A DNA stretch of 63,745 nucleotides, the filler included, from Octopus bimaculoides (lineage: Eukaryota), in the NCBI RefSeq assembly GCF_001194135.2. It is 7 parts of 5 records of this genome, joined end to end, with 100 filler letters (N's around TTAATTAATTAA, not from the genome) between each part and the next. Parts side by side here need not be neighbours in the genome. Positions count along the whole stretch, not along the records: positions 1 to 23,532 come from NC_069004.1; 6 more parts are not named here. One strand, written 5' to 3'. Position numbers and translations under genes: made by a program. The notes below the pieces were generated by a model. That model had not been told where the DNA came from, did not search any database, and saw only the letters and a list, made by a program, of their open reading frames with translations. Shown piece after piece: positions 12,801 through 22,931 of the stretch (position 1 is the first letter of the stretch; each line of letters starts with the position of its first letter).

Positions 12801-15800
12801 GAAATATAACATACAGCTCAAACTACTTCATAATAAATGACAGCACATCAAAATTTGGAAGATGTACTGGATCTATAGAATACATAAAAGTATTTGACAA
12901 GTTATCTACACACCACAGCCTGTTTGACCAAACTCTGCTGCCGAGGAATACACAACCGAAATGTTTGATTTATAGAAAAGTTCGCTAATTATAAGGATTT
13001 TTATAGGGGCTGTTTCTTCAAAGTTATAAGAATATTTGCTTAGCTCCATGTTGGTTCTGACTGAGCAGCCCTATGATCAAAGACCATTTCAACTTCACAG
13101 CTATCTTTTTCTGCACGAGTGAGATCGTTGCCAGTGCCGCTGGACTGGCTCCTGTGCAGGTGGCACATAAAATACACCATTTCGAGCGTGGCCGTTGCCA
13201 GTACCCGCCTGACTGTCCCTTGTGCCGGTGGCATATAAAAGCACCCACTACACTCTCGGAGTGGTTGGCGTTAGGAAGGGCATCCAGCTGTAGAAACTCT
13301 GCCAGATCAGATTGGAGCCTGGTGCAGCCATCTGGCTTGCCAGTCCTCAGTCAAATCGTCCAACCCATGCTAGCATGGAAAGCGGACATAAAAACGATGA
13401 TGATGATGATGATGATGAATGCACCCTGGAATACATTATCTAATGTGGTTTTCCTATATTTTAAAGATTTTATGGGTGTGATCTGAGAGAGATGAAGCTG
13501 TTATTTCTAGCTAGTTAAGTGATTGCATAGAAACTCCCTGGTTGGTTCGGGTTTTATAGAAGTTTCTAATAAGGGTGGTTATTATTGCTATAACGTAGGG
13601 AATTCTCATAAGGGTGATCTGTGAAGGTATAATAAAAATGTTGTGAAATAAAGGTGGTTTGTGACAGGATGTTGTAGTCAGGAACTAGAAAATTGTATTA
13701 TTTTCTGTAACTAAAAACTTTTTACATCTATTTTTTCCTTATATATATGGCTCCTAAAACTTTGATAATTTGGATATGGAGGGACTGAAACTGCTGGTGA
13801 TGATGATGATGGTAAGAATGATAAAACATTTAAAGATACATTCAATACTAAATAAATTTTAAGTTTCAGCAGATTTTGAATTATTACAATTATGGGCATA
13901 CCTTAGAGATCATGGAATCTCTCTAAGTCGAGTTGCTACTTCTCCACATTGAGAAGTAACAGCTCTAGTCCTAGGGACATGTGATAACAATGTTGGGTGG
14001 AATTCTGGTTTAAGAACCCCATAGAGCCCCACGTAACATTTTAATTTTTTGAAATTTTTAGAAAACTTTTGTGAATATGTCTTTTACACACTGGAATTCA
14101 TATGATTATGAAAAAAATTTTTTTATTTAAAAAATTTTTAAGACCCCATTCCCCCATAAACCCTAAAATTTTCACTCATTTTCAAATTTTTTTTTTTTAA
14201 ATCAAGTGTTTAAAACATGGACAGTCTGAATTTCTTGCTTAAATTCAGCAATGGATCACCCTTGGGTGCACCATCATTCCATTAAATGTGTTTATGGGGA
14301 GAAGAATATTGAAAAACATCAATACATTTCAGAGAATCAAAGAAACGAGGAAGATATTAGGTGGTTGTAAGACAAGCTAAAAACAACAGCTAAATTGCTC
14401 TTAAATCACATACAAAAATTTTTTTTCTTTTTGTACAATCATATGAATTCCTGTGTATAGAACACAAATTCACAGAGATTTTCTGAAAATTCCCAAAAGT
14501 AAAAACGTTATGAGGGGTTATATGGAGTGTTTAAACCACAATTCCACCAAATATTGCTGGAAAAAAACTGCAAGACTGATTAAGCTGAGCCAACTGGCAA
14601 GAAATTTACAAGTAGACCAAGAACGAGAGGGTAAGACGATATCCAATGTCTCAATAAGTTGTGTTTAGGAATCCAGCCAGCAAGTCTAATGGCATCTGAT
14701 AAGACCTTATAGAGGAGGTACCTGATGGCTATACCTCAAAGCCCTCCAAGAATAGCGGGTGGAGAAGATGGATGGATACAACTGTATTTTTGTTTTAACT
14801 AATGTTTGCTCTTTTGAACAGATACATCAGAAAAACCTTCGGGGTTTTTCTGATGTATCTGAAGCAGTGTTGGGCAATAAAAATAAAACATGTTTACATA
14901 CTGAGTTGTACTCACCTTTATCTTTGGTAAATCTATCACAGAATTCTTCAAATGTTCCAACAAATTTCAAAGGTGTCAACATTTTTAGGAAGTTGTAGTA
15001 TGAAATTAGAATATCCTTTGGATTTCTAACAACATAAATTATCTGAAAAAGAAATACCATCATAATTACCAGCATTTTTAACTATTCCATATGTAAATCA
15101 TCAACATTTTTAAGAACTATAATTGTATGCAAGAAATAAATGCCAAAAAAATTTTAGTTACAGAAAATAGCAGAATTCTCTATATTATAACTGTAGTGTG
15201 GAGGCGCAATGGCCCAGTGGTTAGGGCAATGGACTCGCAGTCGGAGGATTCCGGTTTCGATTCCCAGACCAGGCGTTGTGTGTGTTTATTGAGCGAAAAC
15301 ACCTAAAGCTTACGAGGCTCCAGCAGGAGGTGGTGGTGGTGACCCCTGTTGTACTCTTTCACCCCAACTTTCTCTCACTCTTTCTTCCTGTTTCTTGAGT
15401 AACGCTGCGATGGATTGGTGTCCTGTCCAGCTGGGGGGAACACATACGCCATAGAAATCAGGAAACCGGGCCCATGAGCCTGGCTAGGCTTGAAAAGGGC
15501 ACATAAATAAATGAAATAACTGTAGCATCAGCCCTAATTTAAATTTGTTGTAACCTTAGTGGCTTAGTGGTTAAGGTATTCAGTTCATGATTGTTAGGTT
15601 GTGAGTTCAATTCCCAGTGGTCCATTGTGTCCTTGAGCAAGAAACCATGTTGGATTTTCTTTATTTTCTTTTACTTGTTTTAGCCATTGGACTGCAGCCA
15701 TGCTAGAGTATCAGCTCCATCTTGATGGGTTTAGTTGAACAAATTGACCCCAGTATTTATTTTATCAGTCTCTTATGCTAAATTGCTAAGTTACAGAGAC

Positions 15801-18800
15801 ATAAACAAACCAACACTGTTTGTCTAGCGGTGGTGGGGACAAACACAAATGTAAAGACACACACGCACAAATATAGACATATAAATACACACATATGTAT
15901 ATATGTGTGTGTTTGTATGTATGTAAGCAATAAGACAAGTCCATATATACATTAGTATGTATGCGAGTGTCTACATATACCATTTGGTACACAGACATGC
16001 TGTTCTTGACTCTCCCTTGATGTCCTTATTATTAAAATACTTTGATACTATTGGATCCTGCAAATAATTAATTAATCAAGTAAATACAAACATACAAACA
16101 AACACAATATGCTTCTTTCAGTTTGTCTACCAAATCCACTCACAAGGCTTCGGTCAGCCTGAGGCTGCAATAAAAGAGACTTGCCAAAGGTGCCACGCAA
16201 TGGCACTGAACCCAGAATCATGTGGCTGGGAAGCAAATTCCTTATCTCAAAACCCACATAGCATATCTAAGAAAAAAATTACTTTGAATTTTTTTTGGTA
16301 GTACTGCCTGTCTGATGATGAGTCACGTCTTGAGAAAGCTTACCCATGCTTGCACTACAGACTAATATTACTCTGGCACATCACATTATTCCTTACAGAA
16401 TCTATTTTTTCTTTTTACTGTGATGATTCTATTGTCTCCTTTAGATTAAACAAACCTAGGGTAACGTGGTGGTGGAATAATACAGTAGACAAGGCCATTA
16501 GAGCAAAAGTCCTGGAAAACATGGAAGAGTAGGGGTAGCAGGGAACTATATCAGATAACCAGAAGGGAGGCTGGGAGACAGGTATATGTAGCCAAGGGAG
16601 AAGCAGAAAAGAAGAAGTTTGCCAATGTTCAGCAACGTGAGGACCAAAGAACTGAAGTATTTCGGATTGCTAGACAGGGTGTGAGAAAAAATTGTGATGT
16701 TACAGGAGAGAAATGTGTCTGCATGGATGATGGTGCATTTGCTTTTAATGATTCTACAAAGAAAGAGGCATAGAGATGCCATTATGAAAGGTTGCTGAAT
16801 GTTGAGAATGAACGGGAGGAGGAGAGGACTAGCTACCCGAATTGATAGCACCCTGGTAGATAAAGCAATTAAGGATATGAAGTCAGGAAAAGCCCCCTGG
16901 CCCATCAGGAATCACTGCTGAGATGCTCAAAACATCTGATGGTGTGGGTTATGGTCTAGTCACCCATTTTGTAAATCAGGTAGTTCATGAAGGAGTCATA
17001 CCCAATGACTGGTGTAGCAGCACCATAGTCAACTGCTACAAAGGTAAAGGTGATGCTTTAGACAGAAATAACTACAGGGGTATCAAACTGTTGAATCAGG
17101 TGATGAAGGTCACAGAGAGGGGCATAGCCCAACTAATTAGGGGAGAGAGTCTGCTTAGATGAAATGGCAGAAGTAGAAGAAATACTACATCATGTGTAGT
17201 ATTTTTAAGTTTAAAAAGCACTGACTTAGAAGGGTAGCAGAAGTAAACTGGAATGAAGAATAAAAGGGTGACAGACAGACAGAAAGATAGATAAACAGAT
17301 GGATTGATAGATGGATGGACAGACAGACAGGCAGACAGATAGATAGATAGACACAGAGAGAGAGAGCTGAATGACAATTATTGATCAGATGGAATAGAAA
17401 CAGTAATTGGTGTGATGAAGGAGAGTGACAAGTACTGAGGTGTAGGGAGGGAGTGATAGAGAGAGAGAGAGAGAGAGAGCAATAGATGTCAACAAGTGAT
17501 AGAGGAAAGAATAATGTCAGAGAGAGAGAGAGAGTGATGGATAGCAATGAAGACAGATGTGGGTGAGTGAGAGTGATTGATATAAATAAGCAATGGGGAG
17601 AGAGTAATGAGAAAGTGAGAGAGGAAGAGAAAGAGAGAGAAAAGGAAGGAACTAATTAGTGGCTGGTAAGAATGAAGCATGATGGTAAAGGTAGGACTAG
17701 ATGCAGATTCAATGTGATGCAATTCCTTGTTAATATAATAAACATGATGGGAGAAACACAGCTGAGAGATAACAAAGAGGTGGTGGGAGCAGAGAAGAAT
17801 GGCTGTTGAAGACTTAAGAGTATAATCATAACTATGAAGGGAGACCCAAGTATACATGTATAGATAATAACCCTTTCTGTTGTAGTCACAAGAAAATTTG
17901 GGTTAGGGGGCTAGTTGAATACATTGACCCTAGTGCATGACTGGTACTTATTTAATTCACCCTGAAAGGATGAAAGGCAACTAATCAATCAAAGTACTTA
18001 TCTTCTTTTTTTTTTTTTTCAATCTTGGTACTTATTCAATTGATATCTTTTGCTGAACCACTAAGTTATGGGGACATAAACAAACCTACACTGGTTGTCA
18101 AGTGGTGGTGGGGAACAAACACAGACACATACACATAAACACACATGTATACAATGGGCTTCTTTTGGTTTCCATCTACCAAATCCACTCACAAGGCTTT
18201 GGTTGGCCTGAAGCTGTATTAGAAGAGATTTGCCCAAGGTGCCATGCAGTAGGACTGAACCTGGAACCATGTGATTGGGAAGCAAACTTCTTACCACAGA
18301 GCCATGCCTACACCTCTAATAACAATAATAACAATACTCAAATATAAACCCAAGTCAACCTCGGTAGAATTTGAACTTAGAACATAGAGATAGACAAAAT
18401 GCTGCTTGACATTTTGCCTGGCATGCTAACAATTCTTATTTCTTTATTGCCCACAAGGGGCTAAACATAGAGGGGACAAACAAGGACAGAGAAAGGGATT
18501 AAGTCGATTACATCGACCCTATTGCGTAACTGGTACTTAATTTATCAACCCCGAGAGGATGAAAGGCAAAGTCGACCTCGGCGGAATTTGAACTCAGAAT
18601 GTAACGGCAGATGAAATACTGCTAAGCATTTCGCCCAGCATGCTAATGTTTCTGCCAGCTCGCCACCTTAGATATAGATAACAATAACAAAACAGAAAAA
18701 GAACATTTACATTTGGTTTGACTGTTGAAAGCTGTTCTGGAAGGAGATGGAAGGGCAAATGGCTTTTGATCAGTCGAGGCGATTCCTTAGCAGCTATGGC

Positions 18801-21800
18801 AGGCAATCCAGGATAAATATTTTCAAGAAAATGGAATCGTTGTTCAATGTTTTTCTCTTCTTCTTGTGAAATGTCAAGATTTGAATGGATGAGGTAGACA
18901 ATTTCTTGAACCCATGTAGTTCCTGGAAAAGACAAACCATTACACACACATATTTAATATAACAATAATAATGGTTTCAAATTTTAGCACAAGGCCAGTA
19001 AGTTAGGGGGAGGGCATAAGTTGATAACATCAACCCCAGTGCTCAATTGGTACATATTTTATTGACTCTGGAAGGAAGTAAGGCAAAAATAACCTTGGCA
19101 GAATTCGAACTCAGAACATAAAGACACAAATTGTCACTAAGTATTTTACCCAGCATGCTAATGATTCTGCCAGCTCGCAGCCTTAATAATAATGATAATA
19201 AAAATATCCTTCTTATTATAGGCACAAGGCCTGAAATTTGGGGGAAGGGTGTAAGTTGATTACGTCAATCCCAGTGCTCAACTGGTGCTTATTTCATCGA
19301 CCCCGAAAGGATGAAAAGCAAAGTCAACCTTGGCGGAATTTGAACTCAGAATGTAAAGATGGATGAAATGCTGGTAAGCATTTTGCCGAGCATGCTAACG
19401 ATTCTGCCAGCTCACTGCCTTAATAATAATAATAATAATAATCCTTTCTACTATAGGCACAAGGCCAGGAATTTGGGAAGAGGGGGATAGTTGATCACAT
19501 CAAGCCACAGTACTCGACTGGTACTTAATTTATTGACCTTGAAAGGATGAAAGGCAAAGTTGACCTTAGTGGAATTTGAATTCAGAATGTAGCAGCAGAT
19601 GAAATACCGCTAAGCGTTTCGCCCAGCATGCTACCGATTCTGCCAGCTGAAAGGATGACAGGCTAAGTCAACTACAATGGAATTTGAACTCAGAGAGTTA
19701 AGATTTGGAAGAAATACCACCATCGCTTTAATGATTCTGCTAGCTCACCATTTACATACAAGGCCAGCAATCAGTATTTGATTGGTACTTCATTTTAACG
19801 AGAGTATTACATGGTACCATTACGTTTCCAACAAAGAACTGCATGTGTACACACATCGGCCTGCAGCCTCCCACCTCATTGCCATCCATCACATGAGCTA
19901 GTACAGACATGTCCTCTGCATCCTGCTGGTCATCCTACCAGAGCTTTACTCTCGTTTGACATAGCAGCTGCAGACTGGAAGAGGCCTCATGGCACCAGGT
20001 GGCTGAACGAGATTGGGGAAGATCTCCAGAGGCTCAACATAACCTTGGAGGAAGTAAAAGGGCTAGCATGGGACTGCCAGCAATGGAGAGAGCACTGGTG
20101 AACCCAGATGGCTCTACTCATGAAGATGTCTCTGGGACCACTAACCTGGGATGACCCCAGCCTCATCAAGCAAGAGCGTAAAGCAAAAGAGGAAAGACAA
20201 AGTTGACCCCAGAACAAATGATGCAGAATATTTCTTCCAATGCTCTAACGATTCTGTGAATTCACCACTCTAATAATAAGAACAGTTTCAAATTTTGGCA
20301 CAAGGCCAGCAATTTTGATGGAGGAGTTAAGTCAATTACATCGACCCCAGTGCTCAACTGGTACTTATTTTAATTGCTGCTAAAGGGATGAAAGGCAAAG
20401 TCTACCTGAGTGGAATTTGAACTCAGAACATAAAGACTGATGAAATACTGCTAAGCATTTTCCCCAGCATGCTATTCTGCCAGCTTGCCACCTTTAACAA
20501 TGATAATGATACTCAAATATAAACCTATGTAGCAGATGTATAAACAGGGCAAATTCAACTGTTTCTCTGTAGCTTGAACAACCTTAATTGATTTTCAAAT
20601 CTTACTCAATACTCATCAGAGGCTTCTACATCAATCTGACCAATTACAGAGAGACAAGCAGCCAATCTGTTTATATACACAACAGTTTCAGTGGCTACCG
20701 TGAACTGGAGCTACAAATTTGCAAACTGTAATTGTTAACACCATATTTTATATCAGTCCATACAGTATCATCATCATCATCGTTTAACGTGTGCTTTCCA
20801 TGCTGGCATGGGTTGGACGGTTTCACAGAGAATTGGCAAGCCAGAAGGCTTAACCAGGCTCCAATCTGATTTGGCAAGGTTTCTACAGCCGGATGCCCTT
20901 CCTAACGCCAATCACTCCGAGAGTGTAGTGGGTGCAAATTTACTCCATGACTTCAGAGAAATGTCTTATTTAACTGCGATATTTATTTTCTGTAAAATAA
21001 GTACCTGGCAACATCTGACAGGCAGGACATCATAATCAGTTCAGCTTGGTTATCTCAACAAGAAGAAGGCCTACTCAGTAATTATCTTGACTTGTAATAA
21101 AACATTAAAACTTTCACATGAGGTTTCAATTTTAGGCATATCACTGTAGTTAATGGTGAGGCCTGAAAGCCTCAAAGCTTTTTGGTTGGGACTGGCATAC
21201 TACATGAAACATAAAACATCAATCTTCAGTTTTTGTAGAGCAGAGAGATCCACTGATAATTCTCTGATTGGACTCCACATTTCGTAGCGCTGGCACGAGG
21301 GTCAGTCAGGTGGTACTGGCATCGACCACGCTTGAATGGTGCATTTTACATGCCACCAACACGGGAGCCAGTCAGGCAGCAATGGCAATGACCACACTCG
21401 AATGGAGCCTTTTATGTGCCACTGGCACAGGAGCCAGTCAAGTGGCACTGGCAATGACCATACACGAATGGTACTTTTTACGTGCCACTGGCACGGGACA
21501 TAACTTATGTAGTAGATATTTAAACAGGGCAAATTTAAATTAATTTCTCTGTAGATTAAAAAGACAATGGTGAAAAGCCTTGAGCAATGTTCGAGCCTTA
21601 TTGAGTTTGCATCATATAGTCGTTAGGATGGGCATCCAGCTGTAGAAACTCTGCCAAATTTAGATTGGAGCCTGGTGTTGCCATCCGGTTTCACCAGTCC
21701 TCAGTCAAGTCGTCCAACCCATGCTAGCATGGAAAGCGGACGTTAAACGATGATGATGATGATGATATATACACACACACACATACATATGTATATCAGC

Positions 21801-22931
21801 TTGCTGATTCCTTCAGTTTCACTTCGAAACGGTAGCAAATAAGAACCCCGATGAAGCTGTACTGACAATGACACCAGAATACATATCTAACAGTGTGCAG
21901 TCAATGCAGTTGAAATGTGCATATGTCCACATAACTGTTTAATAAAATTATAGATGTGGAAAATCTTCACTCTCCTTATCATTATTAATACTATATATAT
22001 ATATATATATATGATGGGCTCTACCATCGAAGATGATGCATGTATGAGCTTTCAGCTTTTGCTGAACGACCTGCACAAATAATTTGTTTATAGTGATCAA
22101 ATATTCATACTGCACATTAGCTTACTCTCTCCATAAAATTAACATCTAATTAGAGGTACTGAACAACAATATATAGTGTATCAGCAGAATGTTTAAGCAC
22201 TGGGGTCAATATAATCGACTTACCCCTCCCCCAAAATTTGAAACTGATATTTCTGCAGGCGTTTTTTTCCCAACTTTCTTATCCACCATTATATGTGCAT
22301 AATACGGAAGATTGCCGAAGTCATCTTTCTAGAAATGGAAAGTGTGGGCAAAATACACCACGAAAACTTATGTTAATTACCACCTGACTGGAATCAACTT
22401 ACCTGACCGTGGCCAAGACACTACCCACACGTCATCTGGTCTAACGTCAAAGTCTCGAATCTTAGGTAAATCGTTTTCTAACATTGCGGGTAGGACAACC
22501 CCTTTGTATTTTATCAGCTTCTGTCGTCGACCGAAAGGTGCATCGTAATAAGTGTCAATATCATGAACAAATTTTTTGTACATAATTTTCAGGCGAGAAA
22601 ACAAAATAGTGCCGAGAAGTAGAGCACCAATGGTTATGGAAGCGTAAACCATGTAAATGATCCTTGGATCCATCTGTTCCTGAGAACTCTTTCTTCTGTA
22701 AAGTGGTGCCGGTTTCCATCTTGTCTGTTGGTGTCCCGGAGAAAACAAACCTTGTTGAGATGATGAATGTTTCGACGTCAAACACGATAGGGGTTGTATG
22801 AAAACACATGCATGAGGGGATAAAGATTGTCTTAAAATAGGGCGAAGTGAGACCGTGGGATGAAAACGAGTTAAAGTGCCGAGTTGACGGCTTAATAAGC
22901 GAGGAAGAAACAAGGAATTTATTATTGACAT
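6699..22931 (-). CDS. SULT4A1-like: Cytosolic-type (PAPS-dependent) sulfotransferase, SULT4A1-like core, 6 coding exons, 427 aa, with N-terminal presequence and TM helix
   Basis: Exons of 529+212+127+98+184+134 = 1284 nt join in frame (intron phases 1,0,1,0,1) with canonical GT-AG. Motifs: 5'-PSB loop SWPRSGTTW, catalytic His in IKSHLP (H231), 3'-PB motif RNPKDILISYY, YEDLHKDL, C-terminal FLRQGKVGDWK. The family assignment rests on recalled vertebrate sequences. Confidence 0.95.
6935..7470 (-). mobile_element. RTE-clade LINE 3' fragment
   Basis: FNRVHKPEIRESLQIELLLL...GRP...SLSWLCLG...TLPTQPSQE; homologous to 7765-8175 in the opposite orientation. Confidence 0.75.
7494..7710 (+). mobile_element. 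SINE family C, antisense to SULT, in intron 5
   Basis: Head GGTGGCAAGCTGGTAGAAT, Nin-like core, AAAATTTGAAATCATT tail. Confidence 0.85.
7765..8175 (+). mobile_element. RTE-clade LINE 3' fragment
   Basis: MGFLLRVSGVMLLDRVHSSAIRE...QSYGHVIRM...RPRMKWLDYI, typical of the RTE post-RT C-terminus. Confidence 0.8.
9230..9530 (+). mobile_element. RTE-clade RT fragment
   Basis: VVQEGAIPNDWHSSIIANCYKG and EMQFSF...STFDA; same family as 16455-17150. Confidence 0.65.
9844..10027 (-). CDS. SULT coding exon 5 (DLAGNVQRIAKFLG...SVNYSWWDGYGIRDQTQTQFLRQ)
   Basis: Acceptor gttatttggcag|GAT; donor CAAG|GTGAGT; 184 nt. Confidence 0.95.
10056..10195 (-). mobile_element. SINE family C, sense to SULT, ~30 nt from the exon 5 acceptor
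   Basis: Reverse complement of the family C head and core; a second copy lies at ~10910-11025(-). Confidence 0.85.
10221..10772. mobile_element. Tigger/pogo-like MITE, 552 bp
   Basis: TA TSD at 10219-10220 and 10773-10774; imperfect TIRs CAGTAATACCTTAGTTTACAAG versus revcomp CAGTAATACATCGATATACGAG. Confidence 0.75.
12287..12384 (-). CDS. SULT coding exon 4 (VYYSPWGKHVRTAVDLNQQHHNILIVQYEDLHK)
   Basis: Not in the ORF track; found by reading the minus strand. Acceptor ttgcag|TG; donor AAG|GTAAGT; 98 nt, phase 1 to 0. Confidence 0.93.
12466..12780 (-). mobile_element. tRNA-derived SINE, head B + tail X, decayed
   Basis: Minus strand: head with TGTATCCTTGAGCAAGACA core, then CCTGTAATTCAAAGG...GATCAACTGGAAC tail X. 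Other head-B copies at ~6300-6562(-), ~8620-8770(+), ~15555-15650(+), ~25750-25910(-), ~58050-58140(+). Confidence 0.8.
13100..13415 (+). mobile_element. Retroposon family E (RTE-type 3' end TTAGGAAGGGCATCCAGCTGTAGAAA, (GAT)n tail)
   Basis: Other copies: 4350-4500(-), 20762-20935(-), 21290-21500(-, 5' repeat part), 21620-21765(+), 50555-50715(+), 52385-52692(+). Confidence 0.8.
14916..15042 (-). CDS. SULT coding exon 3 (IIYVVRNPKDILISYYNFLKMLTPLKFVGTFEEFCDRFTKDK)
   Basis: Acceptor tttctttttcag|ATA; donor AAAG|GTGAGT; 127 nt. Confidence 0.95.
15197..15515 (+). mobile_element. tRNA-derived SINE, head A + tail Y, TSD-bounded
   Basis: 10-bp TSD ATAACTGTAG at 15187-15196 and 15516-15525; tail contains a CTGCGATGGATTGG.GTCCTGTCCAG (V-domain-like) block. 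Confidence 0.88.
16455..17150 (+). mobile_element. RTE-clade LINE fragment (pre-RT and RT N-terminus)
   Basis: TWWWN...VDKAI, KAIKDMKSGKAP, IPNDWCSSTIVNCYKGKGDALDRNNYRGIKLL. Confidence 0.88.
18711..18922 (-). CDS. SULT coding exon 2 (GTTWVQEIVYLI...PRLIKSHLPFHLLPEQLSTVKPN)
   Basis: Acceptor gtcttttccag|GA; donor AAT|GTAAAT; 212 nt, phase 1 to 0. Confidence 0.92.
19850..20110 (+). mobile_element. RTE/L2-like LINE C-terminal fragment
   Basis: HPTRALLSFD...WKRPHGTRWLNEIGEDL...AWDCQQWR. Confidence 0.6.
21303..21500. repeat. 66-bp minisatellite (3 units) from the 5' part of retroposon E
   Basis: Unit starts CAGTCA(G/A)G at 21303, 21369 and 21435 (exact 66-bp period). Confidence 0.9.
22403..22931 (-). 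CDS. SULT coding exon 1 (M1-S176): presequence, TM helix, start of SULT domain
   Basis: ATG at 22931-22929 in context aaaaacaATG; ends ...SWPRS G|GTAAG (donor at 22402), phase 1; 529 nt. Confidence 0.9.

Larger units (their letters stand above)
17915..20495 (-). mobile_element. Cluster of about 8 co-oriented SINE C copies around SULT exon 2
   Basis: Copies at ~17915-17980, 18355-18440, 18445-18670, 18975-19190, 19215-19425, 19445-19650, 19650-19750 and 20285-20495, all minus strand, several separated only by (AAT)n. Confidence 0.85.

Noticed and set aside
21268-21543. 22-aa repeat protein gene, or CRISPR-like array
   Set aside because: The units are part of retroposon E found at several loci, have no splice context and no unique spacers; the DNA is eukaryotic with no cas genes.
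22403-22415. Lys-to-Arg in the PSB loop (PRSG instead of PKSG) as a sign of a dead enzyme
   Set aside because: Arg at this position is common in active invertebrate and membrane sulfotransferases; the catalytic His and the 3'-PB Arg/Ser are intact.
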